In this document: positions 1 to 14,814 of the stretch, piece after piece
Layout: each line of letters starts with the position of its first letter
Position numbering within the stretch: position 1 is the stretch's first letter
NCBI GenBank assembly: GCA_964016885.1
Contig: OZ024746.1
Span: forward strand, 49,476,001-49,540,000
Reading direction: 5' to 3'
Length of the DNA stretch: 64,000 nucleotides
Source: Eledone cirrhosa
Lineage: Eukaryota
Position numbers and translations under genes: made by a program
The notes under the pieces: model-generated
What the model was told of the DNA's origin: nothing
What the model saw: only the letters and a program-made list of their open reading frames with translations
Database searches by the model: none

Positions 1-632
1 CCACGCATTCACACACAAACATATATGCACACCTCTACAAAATACATATACTCACATACACATACTTACATGCTCATACTTACATACATATACACATGCA
101 CATATATATATATACATATATATACATATATACATGTACATACATACGCATTCATGTGTATACATTTTCATACTCAACTTATCTTTATATACACACGTAT
201 AGACACACACATATATACATACATACTCCAGTCTATGTGTATATATATATATATAAACACTTTAATACATGAATACACTTACATCTAACTATACACATCA
301 AACATATATATATATTTACTTATTTATATACATTTTCACATATATATACATACATATGGTCGCTTTTAGACACACTCATTATAGCATATTCGCACCTATT
401 CTCATCAGCATATCTTTCCATTATTAGTGTGGTAATTTAAGGTTATTAATATACATATATATGTTGAGAAGAGATTGTTTTTATATTTTTCTAACTAGAT
501 TGAGGTTTATATAGTTGGGGGGATGTCCCTCTTTTATGTAATATTCAGGTTGTAGTGGGAAAAAAGGGTTTTAGTTCGGTGACGGCAGAATAATGTTCGT
601 TCAATTCTGTTATTAAGCAATCTCTATGTGTG

Positions 633-635
<3 letters not shown>

Positions 636-724
<89 letters not shown>
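636..724. repeat. (TA)n microsatellite flanked by a short inverted duplication (tctctatgtgtgctaa / ttagcacacatagaga)
   Basis: Direct reading of 621-636 and 725-740. Confidence 0.85.
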
Positions 725-728
<4 letters not shown>

Positions 729-1297
729 CACACATAGAGAGGCATACACTTATATATAATTTATATATGTGCGTGTGTGGGGGTTGGGTCTGTGTATATT
801 GAGCAGACTTGACTCCAAGCAAAATGTATAATTAATCATTAATCTTGTTTTCATTTCATAAAGTGAGAATAAATAATAAAATCTTTACATATTTGATTTT
901 GATTTTCATCTTTTAATTTAGAAATCTTATTTCCAGGAATCATTATAATTTAAAGATTTCAAAATAATTCAAAATATATATGTTGCATGATTTTCTTTTA
1001 TGGTCATATATAATTATGAATATTACTACATACGCTATATTTCATTTAATATATATTATTATATATTATTTTATCTGGTATCACATCATTTAGAGATTAT
1101 CAGTTGAAAGATGAAAAACGTAAAATCTTATTTAAAAATATAATGTTGAATGGGAACGTCATCTTGATTATGATAACTGCAGAGATATATTGATTTGACT
1201 GTCGATGCCCTTAGGTATATATGACAGAGAAATGTAGAATAATACATGAAAACATTTAGAAGATCACCGAGACATCTAGATATCTGCGCATTAAAAC

Positions 1298-1358
<61 letters not shown>

Positions 1359-1611
1359 TGAGGGGTACATATCAAGAATATAGATGAGTAAATGAAAGCA
1401 GATTAGAATATATATATATAGACATTTAATTATAGATGTCTATATATATGCGTGGACATTGAAATATTATGAGAACATGGAAACATCTAAAATGTACGAA
1501 ATGCAGCAAATGACGCGGTACTATTGAAATATATTGAAACATATAGAAATTTATCTTAACTTACAGTCAGGCGAAAGCAAGCGGGGGGCATTGTGGTATG
1601 GTCGTAATTAA

Positions 1612-1797
1612 TTGTTTCTACTTTTGGCACAAGGCCAGCAAATATCCAGTACATTACTGGTACTTTATTTTATCGACCTCGTAAGGATGAAAGGCAAAGT
1701 TAACCTCGGCGGGATTTGAACTCAGATCGTAAAGGGACGTAACTATGCTGGAAAGCATGTCTGTCCCTCTACCGATACTGCCAATTCCCTGCCCTTA
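1612..1797 (-). mobile_element. tRNA-derived SINE with Nin/Inv-like central domain
   Basis: Reverse complement carries B-box GAGTTCAAATCC, the core gaggttaactttgcctttcatccttacgaggtcgataaaataaagtaccag and tail ggccttgtgccaaaagtagaaacaa; about 16 copies in the window. Confidence 0.85.
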
Positions 1798-1824
1798 TGG
1801 TATGGTAGTAATTAATATTAAGAA

Positions 1825-1958
1825 TAGTTACGTCCCTTTACGATCTGAGTTCAAATCCCGCCGAGGTTGACTTTGCCTTTCATCCTTACGGGGTCGATAA
1901 AATAAAGTACCAGTAATACACTGGGTAATTGCTGGCCTTGTGCCTAAAGTAGAAACAA
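1825..1958 (+). mobile_element. SINE (same family), 5'-truncated, inverted relative to the 1612-1797 copy
   Basis: B-box plus core plus tail. Confidence 0.85.
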
Positions 1959-2239
1959 GTAATTAATATTAAGAATATAAATGAGTAAATGAATGCACAC
2001 TAGAATATATAGAGAGAGACAGGTGAAAGCATGCGAGGGGGATTGTGTTATGGTAATAATTCTTAGATTTGTGTTCGCAGTTCACATCGTTTCGAATTCC
2101 ATTTCACAGGGAATCATTATGGACAAGTGTCTTCTTTCATAGCTGTAGAAGGACTTCGTGAATGAAATTTAGTAGACGTAATCTTAGCGAAACCTCGTTG
2201 GCAAGCTACCCTCTGAACGAGTGTATAAATGGAATTATA

Positions 2240-2341
2240 TCGCCGAGGTTAACTTTGCCTTTCATCCTTACGGGGTCGATAAAATAAAGTACCAGTAATG
2301 TACTGGTTAATTGCTGGCCTTGTGTCTAAAAATAGAAACAA
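2240..2341 (+). mobile_element. SINE (same family), 3' part
   Basis: Core and tail sequence. Confidence 0.8.
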
Positions 2342-2366
2342 TTATATCATATGTATGTGTGTGAAT

Positions 2367-2421
<55 letters not shown>

Positions 2422-2914
2422 TGCGTGTATGCGTGTGCGTGTGCGTGCGTGTGTGTATGTAATCTATTGTTTTACGATCGTGTCAGTGGACAAACATGTA
2501 TCGATGTCTATCCTCATAAACAATGGATTTGGAATTTTACGAAATAGATACAAATAGTACAGATTGAAAGCTTCATCTACTTATTTATTGTATCTGAGGA
2601 GAGACAGCCCAATGGCTGTGCTAATGGTATGGAATTTTATAACAGCTATAATAATATTATGCACAACGATGAATTTTCTTTTCCCTCTGAAATGATCGTA
2701 AAACAATGAATTAATTAACTACTACACCTTGTCTTAATTTTTTCATTGTACAACATTATATACTTGACTTAGTAATTTTTAATACTCAAAGACATAATAC
2801 AACTATCCTACAAAGATCAAATTTCTCTTTGCTTCGAATGGATATTCACATCAACACTATATTGTGTTCTAAGATGATTATATATCCTACCTTGATTAGG
2901 CAGAACATTAATGA

Positions 2915-3011
<97 letters not shown>

Positions 3012-3632
3012 CATATGTATGTATGTGTGTGTGTGTATACAAGGACCTTCAGATTTCGACAATGATTAATTTAAATAACGCCATATTTTGATATTTTGGA
3101 GTATGAACTCTTATTCATAGAGAATAAATTATTAAAACAAGTATAAAATATAAATAAAGAATTATATCAATGAATGGCATAGAGGAGTTTTTGTTTTGTT
3201 GTTTGATGCTAATTTTTTTCAGTTATTTCTATGGATACTATTTTATTTTTATACGGTATTTATAAAGCTTTATGTATTTTGACTGACTACTTAGAACACT
3301 TCAAATTCTAGTAATTACAAGATATATTACAAGATATTTTGTCTCAGAATTCTGATTTTTTAAAAGATGAAATGTAGACCACGTAGCTCATTATACACGT
3401 AAATACATACACAAATGAACACAAACAGACAAACAGACACATTTTAACACACAAATACATGCAAACACACATACACAAATACACACAACCCAACACAAAT
3501 ACGCACATACCGAGATATCTTTCAATAAATGTAAATGGAAAGTGGAAGTGACAGAAAATGAAAAAGGATAAAGTATATCGTTAGAAAATGCATACATTTT
3601 AAATATTTATGTATGTATATGTGGATTTGCAA

Positions 3633-3961
<329 letters not shown>

Positions 3962-4046
3962 AAAAGGTAAACAGAAATAACAACACAATCGGTACAGTAT
4001 ATGGAAGGAATATATTAGGTTAACGCTTGAAATAGCAGGAAGATAG

Positions 4047-4082
4047 TCTTAACGTTTCGGAGGCTAGTCCTTCATTAGAAGA
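4047..4082 (-). ncRNA. Degenerate minimal type-I hammerhead ribozyme (PLE pLTR relic)
   Basis: Minus strand tctt-CTAATGA-aggactagcctcc-GAAACGTT-aaga; core G5 is changed to A, so probably inactive. Confidence 0.5.
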
Positions 4083-4609
4083 AAGAATGAGAAATAAGAT
4101 AGATTGAAGGGATGGGCGGGTTGCAATTGGAAAAAATGTCTTTAGATAGAAATAACAGGTCCATTCATGTTGACATCTCTTGGAAAACTCATATATATAT
4201 ATATATATATATATACTTATATCTGACCTGGCCGTTAAACGTTTTGGCATCGTGTGGAGCAGAGATTTAAAGTAAACTCATTACTCGTGACAGATATAAA
4301 GGTATTTTGTAGTGTGGGACATCGATAGTTAGTAATCGATAATATATTACATAGATCGATGGTTTTGCTTCGTTCGTTGATCTATGAAGCAGCGCTGTAT
4401 GGAAAAAATAATTTTTATCATCTTAAGTATGTATATTTTCCTGCGTAATATTTGCTCTATGAAATGTGTTTCTCAAATGATGTATGCTTGTTTCAATCTA
4501 CATATATCTTTTAAATTTAAACAAGTGATGCTCTGAACTAAGGTTCATTGACCTTATTTATTAAGAAACACGATCATCATACATATCAAATATGTATTGA
4601 TACCTTAAC

Positions 4610-4727
<118 letters not shown>

Positions 4728-5228
4728 TCAGGTTTGAGGTTCACCACTGTATAGAGCTGAACTATATTGTAATTCTTGATTTCTCCATCTTACTCCAACA
4801 CCACTCTTGTTGGTTTATTTACATATTTATACCTATATATTGATATGTTTATATATTTATACCTTTGCTGTACCAATGTGCTCTTCCACGTATTCCACTT
4901 CTATGTATCCATGTATTTCTACTCCTCACATTGGGACCTGTACCCATTAGCACACGACACTAGAATGTCTCCTCCTGAGAACAAAAATTAAACATTACAC
5001 GACTATATCCCGTACTCTACATCCCACTAGGATAAATTACAGATCTACATAATACAATTAACGTTTCTTCATAAAAGACTCTATTTAATTAAACCCCGCA
5101 ACCCAAAACCTCATAGAAGTTATTTGAATGTATAATCTTCAATTTTCTGTTTGTTCAATCCTCAATCTTCTTACTCCTTAGTTTTATAATGTTATTCTGA
5201 ATTCTTTCAACTTCATCCGATAGAGTTA

Positions 5229-6247
5229 AGCAAAATTTTAAAGTTCCAACTTTCTGTCGGACTGTTGGGTGGGTTTTAATGGCGGCGCGACCAGCTCCCT
5301 GGCGCACGAGCTTACCTGGAGTGCTTGGGAAATTAAATTTCCCCTTCTTTCGGTAAATGAAAATACTCGGCGTGGCTTAATTCGCCATGGGGCCCGGGGC
5401 GCGGCCGGTGTTTTAACCGCGACATAGTACCTTTAATTCACAGAACAAATCGGAACTATTAGATATATCAACCTGAAAATGTTAAACTGTTGAACTTAAA
5501 ATTTTCTAACCTCTTTAATATTGAATATTGATTATTAATTTTTTAACTTCATCCTATAAGTCTAAACATTGTAACACACTGACTCCCAATATATTCACCT
5601 CTGCTAAGATGCGGGTCCCTGTGAAAATTTTCTCGCTCCACTCCTGGCCCGACTGTGGTGTGACATTAATATCGACCTTCCTTCCTCTCTCTTTCTATCT
5701 TCCTTCTTGTAGCCATCAACCATTACTCTTCTACTTCTCTAAGCAAAATTTTAGAGTTCCAACTTTCTGTCGGACTGTTGGGTGGGTTTTGATGGCGGCG
5801 CGACCAGCTCCCTGGCGAACGAGCTTACCTGGAGTACTTGGAAAAATAAATTTCCCCTTCTTTCGGTAAATGAAAATACTCGGCGTAGCTTAATTCGCCA
5901 TGGGGCCCGGGGCGCGGCCGGTGTTTTAACCGCCACATAGTACCTTTAAATTACAGAACAAATCGGAACTATTATATAATAAAATGTTAAACTGTTGAAC
6001 TTTAAATTTTCTAACCTCTTTAATATTGAATATTGATTATTAATTTTTTTAACTTCATCCTAGAAGTCTAAACACTGTAACACACTGACTCCCAATATAT
6101 TCACCTCTGCTAAGATACGGGTCCCTGTGAAAATCTTCTCGCGCCACTCCTGGCCTGACTGTGGTCTGACATTAATATCGACCTTTCTTCCTCTTTCTTT
6201 CTATCTTCCTTCTTGTAGCCATCAACCCTTACTTTTCTACTTCTCTC
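5229..6247. repeat. Two-copy tandem duplication, period ~510 bp
   Basis: aagcaaaatttt..agttccaactttctgtcggactg starts at ~5229 and 5741; high identity throughout. Confidence 0.9.
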
Positions 6248-6635
6248 TTCTCTTCCTTCTCTTCTCCCCTCTTCCTGTCTTCCTCCCGCAGACTTATCTT
6301 CCTTCCCCCCCTTGCTTGCCTATATCTGACCGGTAGTAGTTGCCTTTCCTCTTTTAGCTGACATTAACCCTGGCTTCTCTTCTTCTTTCTTCCCCCTTCG
6401 TCTCTCTCCTTCCTTTCTTTCTTTCTTTTACCGTCTGTCATGAGATTGACGCTAACTTATGTTTCCATCCCTTTCTGTTTTCGTTTATCTGACCGGTAGT
6501 AGCATACTATAAACTTTAGCCACGTCACTCCAGGGCGACCGGCTGAGGTTGAAGGAACAGAATAGCGGTCGCCCTCGGGTCCTCGATTTTCAGCCCCATG
6601 GATTTTATCTATTACATTCACGTATTATATTTCGA

Positions 6636-6693
6636 ATACCTGATGATATCACCGGATTCATACGGAACCCGGTCATTGAAATGATCATAGTAT
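6636..6693 (+). ncRNA. Type-I hammerhead ribozyme motif
   Basis: atac-CTGATGA-tatcaccgg..ccggtcatt-GAAA-TGATCA-TA-gtat, palindromic helix III, followed by AATAAA. Confidence 0.75.
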
Positions 6694-7101
6694 AATAAAC
6701 CTTTCAAGGATTTACACAAATCCAGCCGACAGGATGGAGAAGAAACTGCACCGGAGGACGACGAGGGTGATACCATTGCTTTTAGAATATCAAGCGATAT
6801 CGCAGCGCGTCTGGATCGTTGTATCGCTGAAATGGGTATTTTTACGGTACAGATGTTTACGATATCTAGGACAACAAAATCTCAATGATCTTCATGAAAT
6901 TAAATGATTCAATGATTGAGCAATGGATGACGAAAATCAAAAGAGCGTCTATTTATAACACGAAAGTTTCTTTACAACCATACCATCTAGCATCTGGCTA
7001 GTGTGGAAAAACACTAAGAAGAATTTCAATAAGATGCCGGCATCAATCCATCCATACTTACATACATACAAACTTGAGTGTAGATATATATGTATGTGCT
7101 A

Positions 7102-7242
<141 letters not shown>

Positions 7243-7674
7243 TTCAGACAACAACACGACGGTAACATAGACAACATAGAAATGACCCAGCAGATAGACC
7301 AGTGAAATAGAACTTAGAAGGCCAAGACTAAACAGAAAGAATGAATGGAATAACAACAACACCCAAACAAATAACACTGACCTAAGAGAAGTATAAATAA
7401 ATAAATAAATAGATAAATAAATAAATAAATACATACACAAGCACAATAACAACAAACACATATAAACCCACACTAGTAAAGATGGAATACATTAACCAAT
7501 ACACAGTCACCCAATCACGAACACACATCAAACAAAACACTATACACACACGCAAACGCATGCGCAAAGAAGACAAAATAAAATAAACAAACAAACAAAT
7601 AAATAAATAAATATATAAACAGACTAAATAAAGATGGCGTAGACATACAATGTAACGGGAGGAAACAATAGCAC

Positions 7675-7712
7675 CACTGACGATGTTGCAGATGTGCAAC
7701 GAAAGAACTTTG
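7675..7712 (+). ncRNA. Minimal type-I hammerhead ribozyme motif (weak helix I)
   Basis: ca-CTGACGA-t-gttgc-agatgt-gcaac-GAAA-GAAC-TT-tg. Confidence 0.55.
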
Positions 7713-7883
7713 ATAAACTATATATATGTGTTTGTGTCTATATTGTATCTGTATTATTTTTGACCGTTGGTCAGTCAATGGCAACATTGAGGACCGAATA
7801 AATTAGATTACCGATATAAAAGACACAGAAGCGAAAAGCAAAAACCAACCAAACAATGAGTGTGTTCTGTTATTAATTCTGGC

Positions 7884-7965
7884 AATATTACATACCCTTA
7901 AAAAGTGTAACCATTCTGGTTGGAATCTCCAGAATGGTTGCATTTTTTAAGTGTATGTCAATATT
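7884..7965. repeat. Short imperfect hairpin / MITE-like palindrome
   Basis: catacccttaaaaagtgtaaccattctgg ... ccagaatggttgcattttttaagtgtatg. Confidence 0.6.
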
Positions 7966-8613
7966 TATTTATAAAACTCACCTATATTATATTTTATCTG
8001 ATGAAAGCGTACCACAGTTTGTTTTGGTGGCCCTTGAAATATGTATAATGAAATAAATATGGTTTTATAAATATAGTTTCCATTTGTTAATATATTGTAT
8101 ATTTACTCCAATAATTTGTTGAGTGCTTTATATCAGTTATAAAAATATTTAGCTTGTTGTATCCCAACAAATTAAATATAACCTCTACATATATATATAT
8201 ATATATATATACATAAATACATACTATATATACATACTGTATATATATATATATATATATATGTGTATAGATATATACATATATTATAAATATATATATA
8301 TATACATATATATATATGTATATATATATATTTAGAGAGAGCGAAAGTGAGAGTGCGTGTGTGTGATGAGAGATACATACAAACATATATATATATATGT
8401 GTGTGTGTGTATACACGCATACGATTTCTCTAATCGAGATTAGACTACATATTTATTTGCTTGTTATGACCTCCAGACAACTGTACAAATCAATAGCAAC
8501 AAAATAAAATCGATAGCTAAATAAAATTAATTACTTAGAGATTTTCATCTTGAAGCTTTATAATCTCTATTTATATTTCTAGTTATTTATTTATATGACG
8601 AATATATCGCTTC

Positions 8614-8704
<91 letters not shown>

Positions 8705-9282
8705 CCTCACTATCTATCTATCTATTTATCTATCTGTCTCTCACAGGTTCACTTTCTCTCTTTCACTCTCTCTACCCCACTCTCCCTCTTTCTCTTGTCG
8801 TCTATCTCTCACTCTTTCTCGTTAAATAAACACATGCACATATTTATATGTGTATGTGTGTGCGTGTGTGTATGTGTGTGTGCGCGCGCGTATATAAACT
8901 GTTGCAGTATAAAGAAACATTAAGAAAATTTGAAATGTGAAATGTAAGTATTCTAATGCCCGTGACCGAAATGCTATTCAATCACTATAAATACTAATTG
9001 AGAAAATCGCGTAACGTACCTCTGGAGACGGAAGAAATGAATTCGAACTCGGCAACCCGGAGATGTGGATTTTGATTCGACGCAGGAGCATCTGTTCAGT
9101 TTTTTCCATTTCGGAGAGTATTTACCAAGATTTGTGACTATTTATATAGTGATCGATTATTATTGCCATCGATTATTATTGCCTTAGGGTAAACCTATTT
9201 TAAATTCCGTATATATATATATATATATATATATATCACAAAAAGAAAGAGAATCATTGTTGCGACGAATGGAATTTATTGG

Positions 9283-9376
9283 ACATATTACAATCGTTTC
9301 TCTGGCGACCAGCTCGAGGCATGGTCGATTTGATGATAGAATTTGACTCTGAAGATCGTAAGGTCCTCAGATACGT
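9283..9376 (-). ncRNA. Type-I hammerhead ribozyme motif (left arm)
   Basis: Mirror copy of 9386-9479 with helix III GAAA-CGATTG-TA. Confidence 0.7.
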
Positions 9377-9385
9377 CTTGATTCT

Positions 9386-9479
9386 ACGTATCTGAGGACC
9401 TTGCGATCTTCAGAGCCAGGTTCTATCATCACATCGATCATGCCTCGAGCTGGTCGCCAGAGAAACAATTGTAATATGT
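9386..9479 (+). ncRNA. Type-I hammerhead ribozyme motif
   Basis: acgtat-CTGAGGA-c-cttgcgatc..ggtcgccag-a-GAAA-CAATTG-TA-atatgt then AATAAA; GUA cleavage triplet. Confidence 0.8.
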
Positions 9480-9628
9480 CCAATAAATTCCATTCGTCGC
9501 AACAATGATTCTCTTTCTTTTTTGTGATATCATACTCTGCTCTGTGAGAGCATCGAGTGCCCAAACGGCCTACCGCATACAGACGCTTTAAGCATCCAAC
9601 ACCAATTATATATATATATATATATATA

Positions 9629-10209
9629 TAGTGGCGGACTGGGTCGAAAAATATTGGAGGCCAGTAGATGACGGTCTCGGTGGCCTAGAAAAGCCATAAA
9701 CGACACATCTTTTAACTTTGATTTTGAAAGTAGGTTTATAATTATCAATTTTCACTATCCAATTGTAGCTGTCTCGGTGGCCTAGATGGAGGAATCATAG
9801 ACAGTGGTGGTCCTTGTCTGATGTTCGATCCTAGTAAGGTTTCCGTAAAACTTTTTCAGTCTTTTTCTATTGGTCGTAAAATAAAAACTGAAAAATTATA
9901 TGTACCTCTTGACCAGGATTGAACCCAAAGACAGGATCTCCACCGTCTCTAGTACCTACCGCTAGACCAAATCCTATGAAAATTCATACTTATAAACCTA
10001 CTATCAAAAGTTTCAAAAAAAAATGATGTGGCTTCGTTCATGTCTTTCTTAATGTTATTGCTCCTACTTAAGGTCGACTGCTAAATCATTTGGGTGTTCC
10101 ATAAACTACATCCTCGTTTTATTTCTCATCTATTCAAACTTACAATTATTGGCTATACATATATATGGCAACTAATCTGGCAAGTAATATTTTTAGATCT
10201 AGTTCGTCA

Positions 10210-10212
<3 letters not shown>
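9629..10212. mobile_element. Non-autonomous DNA transposon, hAT-like termini, containing two inverted tRNA-like heads
   Basis: Ends TAGTGGCGGACTGGGTCGAAAAATATT / AATATTTTTAGATCTAGTTCGTCACTG within (TA)n; internal A/B-box-like TGGCCTAGATGG..GTTCGATCC near 9778-9831 and a reverse copy near 9910-9970. Confidence 0.55.
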
Positions 10213-10264
<52 letters not shown>

Positions 10265-10432
10265 GAATTAGTATATCTACTAACATATATATATACAGAT
10301 GCATACCTATGCTAGCAAATATATAGGTTTTGTCTTAGTAACGTTGTGGTTCAATGCATGGGGATGCAGAACAATAATATGAGAGAGGTAAAATAAGAAA
10401 ATTATAAAAATTAACTTACTTACTAAAATTTC

Positions 10433-10514
10433 ACTCCAACTAATTAGTTTCTGAAAGGGAATAAACATAGTTTCCGAAGAAACGTACGGAGAAGCCTTTC
10501 GTCATCAGGGAAGT
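10433..10514 (-). ncRNA. Type-I hammerhead ribozyme motif (528-bp unit)
   Basis: Reverse complement of 11316-11397. Confidence 0.75.
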
Positions 10515-11315
10515 CTATTCTCAGCTAAGTTTCCAGGCAATACGTGGACACAGGGAACTTATACAAAAATAATTCAGTGGATGGAAAAAAGCAAAGCGTG
10601 GACTAAGTTCCAAGCCATTGAAAAAATCACTGCCTACTGCGTCGGTGGCAAATTCAAAAGAATCAATCACGTGACATCGAGGTCAATCAGTGAAGGGTGG
10701 TTTGTTAAGAAGACATCAGCCAGACCGTTACTATGAACTATAGTAGCAGTTTTGGCCAATTTTGGCTCGACAAAATAATTTGGAGATAATTATAAAGAAT
10801 TAGTATATCTACTAACATATATATACAGATGCATTCCTATGCTAGCAAATATATAGGTTTTGTCTTAGTAACTTTAGTAAGTAAGTTAATTTTTATAATT
10901 TCCTTATTTTACGTCTCACATATTATTGTTCTGGATCCCCATGCATTGAACCACAAAGTTACTAAGACAAAACCTATATATTTGCTAGCATAGGTATGCA
11001 TCTGTATATATATGTTTGTAGATATACTAATTCTTTATAATTATCTCCAAACTATTGTGTCGAGCCAAAATTGGCCAAAACTGCTACTATAGTTCATAGT
11101 AACGGTCCGGCTGCTGTCTTCTTAACAAACCACTCTTCACTGATTGACCTCGATGTCACGTGATTGATTCTTTTGAATTTGCCACCGACGCAGTAGGCAG
11201 TGATTTTTTCAATGGCTTGGAACTTAGTCCACGCTTTGCTTTTTTCCATCCACTGAATTATTTTTGTATAAGTTCCCTGTGTCCACGTATTGCCTGGAAA
11301 CTTAGCTGAGAATAG

Positions 11316-11397
11316 ACTTCCCTGATGACGAAAGGCTTCTCCGTACGTTTCTTCGGAAACTATGTTTATTCCCTTTCAGAAACTAATTAGTTGGAGT
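11316..11397 (+). ncRNA. Type-I hammerhead ribozyme motif (528-bp unit)
   Basis: acttcc-CTGATGA-c-gaaagg..cctttc-a-GAAA-CTAATTAG-TT-ggagt; palindromic helix III. Confidence 0.8.
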
Positions 11398-11843
11398 GAA
11401 ATTTTAGTAAGTAAGTTAATATTTATAATTTTCTTATTTTACGTCTCTCATATTATTGTTCTGCATCCCCATGCATTGAACCACAAAGTTACTAAGACAG
11501 AACCTATATATTTGCTAGCATAGGTATGCATCTGTATATATATGTTAGTAGATATACTAATTCTTTATAATTATCTCCAAATTATTTGTTGAGCAAAACC
11601 TGCCGAAATTACTACTATGGTTCATGGTAGTGGCTAGGCCCTTATCTTATTAGCACTCCACTCCTCACTGATTAACCTCAGTGTCACGTGATTGATTCTT
11701 TTGAATTTGCCACCGACGCAGTAGGCAGTGATTTTTTCAATGGCTTGGAACTTAGTCCACGCTTTGCTTTTTTCCATCCACTGAATTATTTTTGTATAAG
11801 TTCCCTGTGTCCACGTATTGCCTGGAAACTTAGCTGAGAATAG

Positions 11844-11925
11844 ACTTCCCTGATGACGAAAGGCTTCTCCGTACGTTTCTTCGGAAACTATGTTTATTCC
11901 TTTTCAGAAACTAATTAGTTGGAGT
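11844..11925 (+). ncRNA. Type-I hammerhead ribozyme motif (528-bp unit)
   Basis: Second tandem copy, 528 nt downstream. Confidence 0.8.
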
Positions 11926-11971
11926 GAAATTTTAGTAAGTAAGTTAATTTTTATAATTTTCTTATTTTACG

Positions 11972-12090
<119 letters not shown>

Positions 12091-12144
12091 TATATATATA
12101 TGGCAACTTATCTGGCAACTAATATTTTTAGACCTAGCTCGTCA

Positions 12145-13293
<1,149 letters not shown>

Positions 13294-13408
13294 GTGGAAC
13301 ACTGGAAGGTAATATATATATATATATATATATAATATAATATTAGTAATAAACGAAAGATATATACTTTATATCATCTTGAAATAAATAGAGATGATAT
13401 GAAGTATA

Positions 13409-14298
13409 CGAGGTGGGTCAGAAAAGTTCCAGGACTGATGTCACAAAAGATTTATTTCAGACCCAAACTTCACACTAAGAGTTTTCTCCTTCAAAGTAAT
13501 CCCCCTGGAGCCTAATGCACTTTTCCATCCTTTCTGCCACGCTTGCATGCACTCCTGGAAGGATTCTTCAGAGATCCCCCGCAGTTCCGTCGTCATGGCC
13601 TTTTTGATGTTGTCCACGTCTTCAAAATGGGTCCCCTGCGGGTCGTACTCGAAGATCCATGTGATCCGGTGATGAGTGTCCCTAGCAAGTCTGGTTTGCT
13701 TTCAAGACGATCGAGGATGTCCTGGCACACTTGCATGCCTCGATCCTTCTGGTCATCGTTCAGCAGTTTTGGCACCATCTTCGCGCAGACTTTCCGCATG
13801 TCCAAATCTTCAGTTAGAATCTTCCAGACGCTGTCCCGATTCATGCTCAGCTCATTTGCCATCAGTCGAACAGTCAGCCGACGATCGCTACGCACCATCT
13901 GCCTGACTCGTTCAACGTTGACCTCAGTCCTGGTTGTTGAGGGCCTTCCACTCCTGGGGTCATCTTCCACGTCCTCGCGTCCTTCTTGAAAACTCTTGCA
14001 CCACTCAAATACGCGTGAGTGTGACATCGTCTCATTTCCATACACTTGCTGCAGCAATCCCAGTGCTTCTGACGGAGTTTTCAAGTTTGTTCGTTGCTCT
14101 GTGCTCATTGCTTGACGACCTGAAGCACAGGACATGTATATAACATTATGAAGAAAAAGGTTTGATCGCTGCAGAGAGCTAAGATTACAGTTACATACTC
14201 CAGGGGATTACTTTGAAGGAGTAAACTCTTAGTGTGAAGTTTGGGTTTGAAATAAATCTTTTGTGACATCAGTCCTGGAACTTTTCTGACCCACCTCG
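13409..14298 (-). mobile_element. Internally deleted mariner (Tc1/mariner) transposon with ~100-bp TIRs and TA target duplication
   Basis: TA|CGAGGTGGGTCAGAAAAGTTCC..CTGGAG (13409-13510) and its reverse complement (14198-14298)|TA. Confidence 0.92.
13515..14108 (-). pseudogene. Truncated mariner transposase (HTH region retained, most of DDD domain deleted)
   Basis: VFEWCKSFQEGREDVEDDPRSGRPST, DRRLTVR, RKVCAKMVPKLL (WVPHEL-like motif), ITG at start of catalytic domain. Confidence 0.9.
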
Positions 14299-14367
14299 TA
14301 TACTTCATATCATCTCTAGTTATTTCAAGATGATATAAAGTATATATCTTTCGTTTATTACTAATAT

Positions 14368-14415
<48 letters not shown>

Positions 14416-14444
14416 TAATATTAGTAATAAACGAAAGATATATA

Positions 14445-14517
<73 letters not shown>

Positions 14518-14533
14518 CCTTCTAGTGTTCCAC

Positions 14534-14583
<50 letters not shown>

Positions 14584-14602
14584 CCTTCTAGTGTTCCACC
14601 AC

Positions 14603-14640
<38 letters not shown>

Positions 14641-14814
14641 TAGAGATAGAGAGAGGGAGAGAGAGAGATTTTGAGTTTATGTTGGTTGTATACCAACACC
14701 TCAGTATGCAGGCTGGAGCACTCGACGGAGTGCGCAGGTTGGTTTGGTTACTCCGGAGTAGTGTAAAATAAAGTTAAATAAAAGTCAAATGATTAAAATT
14801 TAGCTTCGTTTATT

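Larger units (their letters stand above)
9233..9531. mobile_element. Fold-back (inverted pLTR-like) element, ~145-bp arms, one HHR in each arm
   Basis: Arms are reverse complements around a short spacer (~9377-9385); abuts (TA)n on the left. Confidence 0.8.

Noticed and set aside
5053-5132. HHR-like arrangement on minus strand (tacatt-CAAATAA..GAAACGTT-aattgta)
   Set aside because: Three mismatches in the CUGANGA box; too degenerate to call.
9770-9840. Possible tRNA gene
   Set aside because: A/B-box-like motifs only, no cloverleaf; SINE-head-like relic.
11322-11372. Alternative HHR register using the nearer GGAAAC-TAT-GTT
   Set aside because: Helix I cannot close, and that GAAA is absent in subfamily B; the distal GAAA-CTAATTAG-TT register is conserved.
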